Source: Candidatus Poribacteria bacterium (GTDB taxonomy: Bacteria; Poribacteria; WGA-4E; UBA9662). From it: DNA of 64,000 nt. This document shows, one piece after another, positions 52,368 to 62,177 of the stretch. Position 1 is the stretch's first letter. Each line of letters begins with the position of its first letter. The stretch covers positions 32,001-96,000 of the forward strand of contig JAYGDX010000016.1 of NCBI GenBank assembly GCA_046582655.1. The letters run 5' to 3'. The notes beneath the pieces were generated by a model. That model saw only the letters and a program-made list of their open reading frames with translations. It ran no database searches and was not told the DNA's origin. The translations under genes and the position numbers were made by a program.

Positions 52368-55002
52368 ATGTTACGTAAATTGATTCGCTTGATCTGTTTT
52401 ATTTGCTTGGTCAGTCATCATTGGAACACAACCATTTGGGCAGATGAAGCCAAGCAAGTGGAAAAGTCTGAACCGGCAAAACAGACTGAAAAGAAGAAAA
52501 ATGGATTCAAAGATTTTGATCAGGTTGTCAAAGATAGCCAGACCTACAAAGGTTTTTTCAATCTCTATCTTCAGAAGACTGATTTATACTGTGAAATTCT
52601 GCCCTTCCAGTTGAATCAGCCTTTTCTCTGCATGATGAGTGTTTCGCGTGGGATTGGTATGCCAAGAATGCCGGCCGGAACCACGTTGGATGAGTGGCTA
52701 CTTGTCTGGAAACGGTTGGGAAACCGTCTGCACCTAATTCGTCAGAATGTCCGTTTCCGTGCGAAGAAAGGAACCCCGATGGCTCGGACAGTGGATCTGG
52801 CTTATAACGATTCTGTCCTCTTTTCCCTTGAGATCGACAGTATCCATCCGCAGCGCAATAGCTTGTTGGTAAACATTTCCCCCGTTTTTATCTCGGATCT
52901 TCCGCATCTAGCACCCAAGATAGGATCTGCAGTTAAGGCTTCCGCCAAATTCGATAAGGGACTCAGTAGTTGGGGGGCGATTAAGGCCTTTCCCAAGAAT
53001 GTGGAGCTAAAAGTGGCAGTCGTTTATGATGCCAGCAGTGGTAGTATGGATACCGTACCAGATAGTCGCGGCATGCAGTTGGAAATTCATTACAGTTTGG
53101 TGGAGTTGCCGGACGCAAAGTACCGTCCACGATTGGCCGATGACCGACTGGGACATTTTCTAACGGTAATGAAAGACTATTCCTTCCAAACCGATGAAGA
53201 ACCATTCGTGCGCTATGTTAATCGCTGGCATCTGCAAAAAGCAGATATGAATGCCAAGGTTTCGCCGCCCAAGAAACCTATCATTTTCTATATTGAAAAA
53301 ACAGTGCCTCATCGTTTTCGATCCTATATCCGGCAAGGTATTCTGGAATGGAACAAAGCATTTGAAAAAATCGGTTTTGTCGACGCCATAGAAGTCAGAG
53401 TTCAACAGGATGATGAGAACTGGGACCCCGAAGATGCGAGGTACAACACCGTCCGTTGGATTGCCGGTGCCTCTTTCGCCATCGGTCCGTCACGTGTTAA
53501 TCCCTTATCCGGGCAGATTTTAGATGCTGATATTTTAATCAATGAAGGGTTTATCCGGTCTTGGCAACGGAAATATATGACTTTCTTTGATCAAGTTCAG
53601 CAGGAACGTGATAACTGGATAGGGTTTTCACCTTTCAAGTGCGAAATGGCGTCCGGCTTAAGTCATCAAATGAATTTCATGGCCACCACCATGGCAATCC
53701 GTGAACTGACTGGTCTGAACGGCGAGATGCCAGAAGAATATCTAGGACAAGCGCTGAAAGCTTTGACTATGCACGAAGTGGGTCACACTTTGGGCTTGAG
53801 GCACAATTTTAAGGCCAGTTCTATGCTGTCTCTTGATCAATTGAATGATAAGGATAGGTTTGCTCTTATTGGTTCAGTGATGGACTATGGTCCAGTTAAC
53901 ATCGCTCCCAAGAGTGAAGCACAAGGAAATTACTATACTACTACTATTGGTCCGTGGGACTACTGGGCTATTGAATACGCCTACAAACCGATTGGGGGCA
54001 ATACGCTTGAAGATGAGTTGCCAGAATTGGGCGAAATCGCTGCTCGTGCTGCCTCTCCTGAACTGGCTTATGGTACGGATGGCGATGTATCTTGGTATCG
54101 GTACCGTGATCTGGATCCGCTAGTTAACCGTTGGGATCTTGGGAACGATCCGTTGGCATTTGCCCGGCAACGGATGGAGATCATCAGTGAACTCTGGACG
54201 GAGATCGTTGACATGCTATAGAAGGAGTGGGTATCAGCGGGTTAGACGTGCCTTTGGAACGCTGTTGAACGAATATAGTCGTGTTATGTTTCTCGCTACC
54301 CGTTATATCGGTGGTCAGTACCATCATCGGGATCACCGAGGGGACCCAAATGGACGACTACCTTTCGTTCCGGTTTCGGCAGACAAGCAGCGTGAAGCAC
54401 TCAAATTTCTCAAAGAGCATGCACTTTCCGACAAAGCCTTCGACTTCCCTCCTGAACTACTGAATAGTTTGGCCATCAGCCGCTGGAGTCATTGGGGTAT
54501 CGACAATCAGCAGGCATCGCGCTTGGATTATCCGTTACATCGCCTGATTCTAAACAACCAACGACAGATTCTGGATCGCCTATTTTATCCAAATATTTTA
54601 GCGCGAATTCAGGACACAGAACTCAAGTTTGACAAGGCCAATACCCTTACCATGCCGAAACTTTTTTCAGAAATTACAGGCGCCGTCTGGAGTGAGCTAG
54701 GACATAAACTTGGTGGGAAACGGTGGTTGAATTCAGATCCTTTTATTTCCAGTTTTCGTCGTGGGTTGCAACGTGAACATCTCAAGATACTAATCAAGCT
54801 GGTATTGGAGGTTGACAGTGGCACGCCAGAAGATGCCCGTTCATTAGCCTGGCAGAACCTTGGCTTCATCAACGGCAAGATTGGAAAAGCGATTCGAGGT
54901 GACAACAACAATCTGGACGATTACACTTCGGCACATCTTGGAGAATCACAAGTGCGGATTCAGAAAGCCTTAGATGCCTCCTTCCAGATAGAACGTCGGT
55001 AG
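52368..55002 (+). pseudogene. Secreted zinc-dependent metalloprotease (DUF5117/DUF4953-type), frameshifted near 54220
   Basis: PRLADDRLGHF, GPSRVNPLSGQILDAD, HEVGHTLGLRHNF, SVMDY; the C-terminal third continues in another frame (GYQRVRRAF...). Confidence 0.75.
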
Positions 55003-55071
55003 TATAGAACCAATTCACAGCAGACCTACATTGACCCAATCACAACACAATCTGAAAATAAGGGTAACTAC

Positions 55072-56628
55072 ATGAGTCAGAAAGCGGGTTTCACCTCCAA
55101 AGCTCCACAGCGTGCTTCCGCCATCACACTCGATCAGCAACTAGAACAACTGAAAACAGATACTAATACAACGTTTCGCTTGGTCACGCCAGAAGCTGTC
55201 TGCTGATCCTTACCGACCAAATTATCATTATTCAATCCGGAAGGCAAGCTGAATGGTCCTAACGGGTTGTGCTCTTGGCAAGATCGATATCATCTTTTTT
55301 GTCAAGCCTATCTACCGGAAGACACATGGCAGCATTGGGGACACGCTGTCAGTGATGATCTAGTACATTGGAAAGATCTGCCTTTAGCCATCTATCCGGG
55401 AATTGAGAACTGTTGTTTTAGTGGATCCACTTTGGTGGAAGAAGACCGTGTCATCGCCATGTATCACGGTACCAGTGCCGGTAGCATGATCGCTGTTTCC
55501 GACGATCCTTTACTACTTAATTGGGAAAAAATCTCCGGTTGTCCTGTTATCCCGCTAATAGAATCGGATGAGAAGGGATGACCTTACCGGGTCTATGATC
55601 CATGTATCTGGAAAGAAGATGATGGTTATTACGCACTTTCCGGTCACCACTAGAATGGACCAAATTTTGGTAGTTTCCGAATGGTATAACATCTGTTTTT
55701 CTCGCAGAATCTGGAACGCTGGACCTATATGGGACCTTTTGTTGGAGGAGATATCTACACTGCGTCGGGAGATGATGGGGCAGTTCCATACTTCTGGCCG
55801 ATTGGTGATAAGCACATTCTACTGTTTTGCAGCCATCAACGTGGCGCTCAGTATCTGGTGGGTGACTACGATAGGATTCACCATCGGTTCACACCTTTGA
55901 CTCATGGACGCTTCAATTTCGGCCAGATTGGTGCTGGTGGCGTTTATGCAGCATCAGCCACTCAGACGGTCAGGGCGGTATATATATCTATAATATCAAC
56001 AACGGCAAACCAACCTAGGGCTGGAACCATATCATGTCTCTCGTTCGTCGATTGTCCTTAAACTCGGACAACACATTGAAAATGGAACCCGTTTCTGCTA
56101 CTCAGGTACTTCGTTCTCGTGTTCAATTTGGTGGGAGAAACGCATCTGCCTGCCAATCAGGAGATTCAGCTGGTAGGTATCGAAGATAATACCATGGAAT
56201 TGAACCTCGAGATTGATCCACAGGAAGCACGGGAGATTTGCGTTGATGCACTGTGTTCTCCAAATTGCGAGGAGTACACTTCTATGAAATTCTACCGTCA
56301 CGGACTTTTCGTATTTAGCCAGAATGGTCGTATCCGTCAAGACACATTGGTACTTGACACATCGCGTTCATCCTTGCTCCCAGATGTAATGGCACGTCCA
56401 CCAGAGGTTGCCCCGTTTGAACTTAGAAATGACGAGCCACTCAAGTTGCAGATCTTTATCGACAAAAGCATGGTTGAGGTTTTCGCTAACCATCGGCAAT
56501 GTGTAGCACTACGGGGCTATCCGGAACGTCAGGACAGCTTGGGGGTCTCAATTCGTGCTCAAGGCCGTGATGTTGTTTTAAGATCCCTTGAAGCTTGGCA
56601 GATGAAACGTATCTGGGACAAGAAGTAA
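55072..56628 (+). pseudogene. Glycoside hydrolase family 32 pseudogene
   Basis: RPNYH, LNGPNG (NDPNG altered), HWGHAVSDDLVHW, FSGS, YDP, IFIDKSMVEVFAN; several frameshifts plus in-frame TAG 55651 and TAA 55687. Confidence 0.85.
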
Positions 56629-56842
56629 GGCTGAAATTTCAGGTTTTCTGGTGTGGCATTGTCTAAATCCACTTACTGGCAACGTATAGTGGTCACTATT
56701 AGAATTAGGCTTCTAGCAGTGAAACCTGTCATCTTGACTGAGCAGGGAGAATAAAGGCATTTTTCTGACTTTGATATTTTTCAGTCAATAAGGCTTTTCA
56801 AACCCAGCCTGGAAAGGGGAATTGACAGGCATTTTGCTATTA

Positions 56843-58333
56843 TTATTTTACCAAGAACCCAACGTCGACCCAATTAACAAAGTTTTCATAACTATTGGTG
56901 TAACCGGGCACGGCAACCAAGCTGATCGTCCGGCTGCCTGATGGGATTTTCACCTCGAAACGCCATGGCTCCTGCGAGATCCGTACTGTCGGACTTTCAT
57001 CTGCTAACTCACCATTGATGTAGATCTTGAAGATGACGCTTGGATGCATGGCTCTGGCACGTCCTAGCTCATCCTCCAGCATGCTTTCGTCGAGTCCGGC
57101 TAAACCAACCAAGCAATCATATGTTGGCTGTATGCAATACAATAGGTGAGAAGGTGCTTCCACGCCGATTCCTTTGGCATAATTCTCTCCACGTAGTTTT
57201 AATGGCCGCTGTAGATAAGATTGATCGCAACTGGGTTTTCTTTCAGACGAGTAGATGTTGAAACCATGCACCGTCATCCGAATCGGTTCGAGATCAGATA
57301 GATGGATGTTTGGGGGCGGTGGCTTGGACGGTAGGCAAACGAACGTAGCTGAACTTTCTAGGCAAATCGATTGGTGGCCTCGATAAGCTATTGTCCGAAT
57401 TGTTTGCGTTTCACAAACAGGAAAAGGATCGGTATAGAGAGATGATTTTTCATCCGGTGGCGTTCCGTCAAGGGTATAGTAGATCTGGCAACCCTGATTT
57501 AAAGGTGCAGACAGAGAAACCACTGTTGATTCTTCAAACTGATAAGGTCTGTTTAAGGTGCCCCAAGGCGTAATCCGAACTGGATCAATGGGTGTTTCAT
57601 CGTCCCATTGTCCTAATTTACGGAGTTCATCAACCAAGTGAATGGTTGGCACTATTGATTCAAGTTGCTGGATGACTTCCTTAGTGCCTCGATCTGGATG
57701 TTGACCTTCTGATGGATTATAGCCTGAAATCGCATCCGTCATATCACGCGCTAGAATTGATTGGATGCCGATACGCATCATCGGACCAATTCCAACAGGT
57801 TTACCGGTAGTACAAACGTTGGTGTGAAAACCCAAGAAGATGAGACAGTTTATTCCTAGTTTTTGGCACCAGGAATAAACTTCTTGCGTTCCTTCGACAA
57901 TTAAATCAAGCTGATCTATTTTTAAATTAGGATTCATTCCGTCCCAACCGTAGTTAACACGACAATCGATACCTGATCCACACATGCAACCACCGGCTCC
58001 GTAGCAATCTAGCGTCGGAAACTGAATATCTAGTGGAGTTGGCAGTGGGTGAGGTTCTACGGCTACCGATTTTTCCCGTTGTGGTGTGCCGACATACTGG
58101 TCGGCAACGTCTGTTGGCCCCCAAAAAATCTGGACACCTAATGACCTTAATGCCGCCAATGCATGGTTCATTCGCAAGGCGAACGAACCGCACCGCTCAG
58201 CAGCAGTCATGCACCAATGGTAATTCCATGTATCGACGACCATCGCTCCAATCTGGTCAATCGAAAAGGTTCGTTTTTTAAGAAAAACCTGGTTTTGCGG
58301 GTTACGGTGTTGTAAGTCAAGTTGTATGGTCAA
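56843..58333 (-). CDS. Isochorismatase-like domain + chitobiase/FN3-like + NPCBM/NEW2 domain protein
   Basis: VVDTWNYHWC, GFHTNVC, ARDMTDA; IYYTLDGTPP; KGIGVEAPS, GLDE, SVIFKIYING, NWVDVGF. Confidence 0.7.
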   Translation of the reverse strand: MTIQLDLQHRNPQNQVFLKKRTFSIDQIGAMVVDTWNYHWCMTAAERCGSFALRMNHALAALRSLGVQIFWGPTDVADQYVGTPQREKSVAVEPHPLPTPLDIQFPTLDCYGAGGCMCGSGIDCRVNYGWDGMNPNLKIDQLDLIVEGTQEVYSWCQKLGINCLIFLGFHTNVCTTGKPVGIGPMMRIGIQSILARDMTDAISGYNPSEGQHPDRGTKEVIQQLESIVPTIHLVDELRKLGQWDDETPIDPVRITPWGTLNRPYQFEESTVVSLSAPLNQGCQIYYTLDGTPPDEKSSLYTDPFPVCETQTIRTIAYRGHQSICLESSATFVCLPSKPPPPNIHLSDLEPIRMTVHGFNIYSSERKPSCDQSYLQRPLKLRGENYAKGIGVEAPSHLLYCIQPTYDCLVGLAGLDESMLEDELGRARAMHPSVIFKIYINGELADESPTVRISQEPWRFEVKIPSGSRTISLVAVPGYTNSYENFVNWVDVGFLVK

Positions 58334-58415
58334 ATTCTTGGTTCCTTTTTCCCTACATGAAGTGACTTTGAAATCGGTTTAGATTTAAAATCATAGTATC
58401 ATTTCAGATAAGTCT

Positions 58416-59567
58416 TCAATTTTCAATAATTTCGATTTCTACCGGATTGATGTAACGCTGGTAATAATCTTCCACTTTCGCTTCGGGAGCGGTACCTTGA
58501 TGAACATAGGCACAAAACTGAAGCCGAAAGGTCTCACCTTCTAGTTCGCTGGGTGGATGATGAAGGATGCTCATCTGTTGTGGAACCGCTATTTCACCGA
58601 AGAAACCTGGATGTTCCGGATTGGACGGATGATCGAATAAAGCTAAGCCATTGACTCCATCTCCTACATTTCCGGCTAAATCGCACCAGCGTGCTCGCTG
58701 ATGATGCACTTCGGATCTACCTATTTGTCCTGCCGAATTTTCAACATGTCCTTGATCCGGGATTTTCATGGAAGGATTTAATCGAGCTACAAAAAGGAAC
58801 TGCCGGTCACCGATATCGACCGGATATGTGGTCTGGTGGGTAACTTCCAGGAACCTTTTTTGTAGATCAACACACCAAGCCCGTACCGTCCGTGTTTCAT
58901 TCATAATGATGTCACCATTTCCTTTAACATGGATCAAATCTTCGACAAATTCTGCATATACAGGCCCGTCTGTTGATCGAATGAATCGTTGATGTAATGT
59001 CTTTCCACATGGTCCATATGGGGGTTCGTCCCAATCAGACCAGATGTTAGCAGAACCACCTTCCCCGTGTCCTCCATAGGCCAGATACAATCCGGTATGA
59101 TGGGGATGATCGCCTCCGCCTGCTCCCCGTACAACAGATCCGTGATTTCCATTTAGAGGCCAGAAGTACGGTTTCCATACGCCCAAGAAATTATATCGGG
59201 TGAAAATACGATCGTCCATTGTAATCAGCAGGTGCGAGGTCAGTTGGCGAATATGAAAGCGTTGATCCTCTACCGACCCATTTTCCAGTGGTGGAAGAGC
59301 TCGAATAGCATACCAAGCTGATTCTTCTGCAGATAGATCTTCCGTTTGCCAGGTCAGTTGGCGGATGGATGGTTCGAACTGAGAAGGAGTCTTTTCCACC
59401 AGAGATTGACCTGTGGATGTTGTCTGTGAGACCACTAATCTGGAAACGCCTTCCTGCCAATCAGGAAAGTGATTACGAGGTTTGAAGGTAAAACGGACTA
59501 AGTCGTTATGCCGAGCTACCGAACCGGCATTAACTTTTACGATAACAGCATTTTGGGATTGTTCCAT
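58416..59567 (-). CDS. PmoA-like (DUF6807) family hypothetical protein
   Basis: KPYFWPL, DHPHHTGL, ARWCDLAG, GLALFDHPSNP. Confidence 0.65.
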   Translation of the reverse strand: MEQSQNAVIVKVNAGSVARHNDLVRFTFKPRNHFPDWQEGVSRLVVSQTTSTGQSLVEKTPSQFEPSIRQLTWQTEDLSAEESAWYAIRALPPLENGSVEDQRFHIRQLTSHLLITMDDRIFTRYNFLGVWKPYFWPLNGNHGSVVRGAGGGDHPHHTGLYLAYGGHGEGGSANIWSDWDEPPYGPCGKTLHQRFIRSTDGPVYAEFVEDLIHVKGNGDIIMNETRTVRAWCVDLQKRFLEVTHQTTYPVDIGDRQFLFVARLNPSMKIPDQGHVENSAGQIGRSEVHHQRARWCDLAGNVGDGVNGLALFDHPSNPEHPGFFGEIAVPQQMSILHHPPSELEGETFRLQFCAYVHQGTAPEAKVEDYYQRYINPVEIEIIEN

Positions 59568-59732
59568 ATCACAACCAGTTGAATCCGAATAGAAAATTTA
59601 ATTTTCACACACTAATACACATCGTTGACAAGGTGATGTATATTTAAGAAAGAAGTTGGTGAAAATCACAATTGTTTATAGAATAACAGAATCTAAAAGC
59701 TTGCACACAGATAAAAACGAAGGAAATGAGTA

Positions 59733-60456
59733 ATGGCAGAGCGGATTGGACAAGATATCATTGATCTCCTTACAGTACCCAGCACAGCAACTTTAACATC
59801 AGTAATGCGTCAATTAAGTATAACAAATACTTTTATGCATCGAGTTGTACCTTTACGTCCAGACATGAGGATGGCTGGCCCAGCCTTTACCCTGCGATAC
59901 ATACCAGCACGCCAAGATCTCGATCCTGGCACAATTGATAACTGACAAGACCGTACAGCGTATTGGTATCGAAGAGATTGGCCAAGGGCAAGTTTTGGTG
60001 ATTGACGCCCGAGGGGATACGCGAGCAGGAACGATGGGATCGATTCTCGTAACGCGCATTTATCAGCGCGGTGCCGTTGGTGTTGTCACAGATGGTGCTT
60101 TCCGTGACAGTCCAATCATCGCAGAAATTGGGATTCCAGCTTACGCCGTAGCTATGAACGCAAACACCAACAAAACCATACATCATCCCAGCGAAATTCA
60201 AGTTCCAGTCGCATGCGGAGAAGTGGCCGTGGTGCCAGGCGATATTATTATCGGAGATGGGGAGGGTGTAGTTGTCGTCCCTACATTAATAGCGGAAACA
60301 GTTGCGGAGATGGCGGTAGCTATGGAAGAAAAAGAAGACTTCCTGATGGAAAAGATACGCGCTGGCGCCAGTATTGTTGGTATTTATCCTCCTGATGAAA
60401 AAGTTCTAACAGAATATGAGGAGTGGAAAAGAAAGAAATTAGCCAAAAATCCATAA
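59733..60456 (+). pseudogene. RraA/HMG-aldolase family gene with a frameshift near 59940
   Basis: STATL, MAGPAFTLRYIPAR in one frame; VIDARG, GSIL, DGAFRD, PGDIIIGDGEGVVVVP in another. Confidence 0.8.
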
Positions 60457-60493
60457 ACCGGCACGACTAATCATTTCGGCAAAACTTAAATTC

Positions 60494-60976
60494 TCAGGCG
60501 TAGATATTGGTAATAAAGGGAATCACATCATTACGCGTTATTGCTTCTCTAAATTCATTTTTTTTAAATTGCTTCAAGGCTTGCAACATCAATTGACTTA
60601 TCTCAACCAGTTCTAATAACTTTCTCAGAGTTTGCTTTATGGTAAAGTAAAAGTAACTAACAATTTTATTGGTGTTTTCCCTAACGCATTTATTATCAAC
60701 TGAATCTAGCTTGCTAAATAGAGGCAAATTCTGAGCAACTTCTCTTTCTAGCAATTCAATTCTTTTATCAACATAGAGAAACGAAGTAGGATACGGTATT
60801 GATCCGATATTTTCCTCGGGCGTAATTTTTACTGTATCTTGCCACGCTTTGGCAATGATTACTTTCTCGTTGTAGATATCTTCCTGTAGCCGTAAGTGTT
60901 TCTTCAGGTAATGACAAGCTTCCTCGATTATTTCGTCCCTAGTCAAATCAAAATTTCCTTTGTCATAAGGATACAA
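60494..60976 (-). CDS. Hypothetical protein, AT-rich, probably a 5'-truncated fragment
   Basis: 160-codon ORF without a convincing start or RBS. Confidence 0.35.
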   Translation of the reverse strand: MYPYDKGNFDLTRDEIIEEACHYLKKHLRLQEDIYNEKVIIAKAWQDTVKITPEENIGSIPYPTSFLYVDKRIELLEREVAQNLPLFSKLDSVDNKCVRENTNKIVSYFYFTIKQTLRKLLELVEISQLMLQALKQFKKNEFREAITRNDVIPFITNIYA

Positions 60977-61121
60977 TATTAGTTTATCTCAACTTCATTA
61001 CACCACACTTGGAGCAATTTTTCAATCATAATTTCAGATTAATTTCCTTCTGAATTGAAAAATATTTTATCAATAGTTACAATTGAGACACTCATAGTCC
61101 TAGGCTCCCTGCTTATATCAG

Positions 61122-61695
61122 TTGAAGACCACGATTGATACTGTCACTTTTGACATGAGGAGGGCAAAGAAAAACATAATAATTCTCATTTTAGGTTTAG
61201 CTTGTTGCTTCAATTTACTAACATTAAGTACTGTTACTGTGGAGATTAAAACACTGTTTTACGAGTATCAAAAAAGTGCCCAGTGGTTTTTCAAAGTTAC
61301 GACTGAGACGGTAACAAAAGTCAGAAATGAAAGGATAACGTATAAATTAACGACCAATGCTCAGAAAGGTTTTAAACTGGCACAGCTTAAGCAGTATGAC
61401 ATGGTTTTATTCGGCACCCACGGAATAGGTGGTTGGGCAAGTTATCATTTGGAGGATGTTGAAAAAGACTTAACTACCTACGTTGAAGGTGGTGGTGTCG
61501 TCCTAGTTCATACTAGTAACGATAAGCATTTCAAGGGCGACATGTTTCCAGTAGAATTGCTGATGTTGGAAAACGGAGATGAAGACTTTTAAGTCACTCC
61601 GGAAGGACACAAATCAGGCATTTTCGATAAGCCAAATAAGGTAAACAATGTTGTCGAAGATGATACTTATCAAGATGTTAAAAGCCTTGGGTTGT
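61122..61695 (+). pseudogene. Degraded hypothetical (glutamine-amidotransferase-like patch)
   Basis: LKQYDMVLFG, YVEGGGVVLV; the frame continues past TAA 61590-61592 (VTPEGHKSGIFDKPNK...EDDTY). Confidence 0.4.
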
Positions 61696-61700
61696 TTTAT

Positions 61701-62147
61701 CTAAAAGCAAATATTGTAGATTTCTGCATTATCGGGCTGCATCTTAATTGCCTCTTGGTAGGCTGTAAGTGCTTGTTCTAATCTCTCCTGTTTTTGCAAT
61801 GCGATACCAAGATTGTAATGAGTCTCCGCATCATCAGGCTGCAGTTTAATAGCCTGTTGACAAGCTTGCACAGCCTCTTCTAATTTCCTTTGTTTGATGA
61901 GGGCAATGCCTAGGTTATTAAAGAATGATGATTGTTTTGGATCTACCTTTGTCGCTTGGGTAATCAGTTCAACAGCAACTTCGTACTTTTTTGCTTGGAG
62001 GGCAACAACACCCAAGAGATGGAGAGCCTCAGCATCTTGGGAATTTATCTGAAGTATTTGTTGATATATTTGTTCTGCCTGACGTACTTGACCATCTTGA
62101 TGAAGTGAAATGGCTTCTGTCAATTTTTCTTTAACATTTACTGGCAA
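61701..62147 (-). CDS. Short TPR protein, probably C-terminally truncated
   Basis: TPR repeats (EALHLLGV, FFNNLG, THYNLG); ends abruptly mid-repeat (AEIYNICF). Confidence 0.65.
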   Translation of the reverse strand: MPVNVKEKLTEAISLHQDGQVRQAEQIYQQILQINSQDAEALHLLGVVALQAKKYEVAVELITQATKVDPKQSSFFNNLGIALIKQRKLEEAVQACQQAIKLQPDDAETHYNLGIALQKQERLEQALTAYQEAIKMQPDNAEIYNICF

Positions 62148-62177
62148 GGATATACCATATGATTAGATTTGTGGTGG

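Noticed and set aside
59943..59945. TGA ending the first RraA piece as possible Sec/readthrough
   Set aside because: The downstream homology is in a different frame, so this is a frameshift, and the position is not a conserved Cys.
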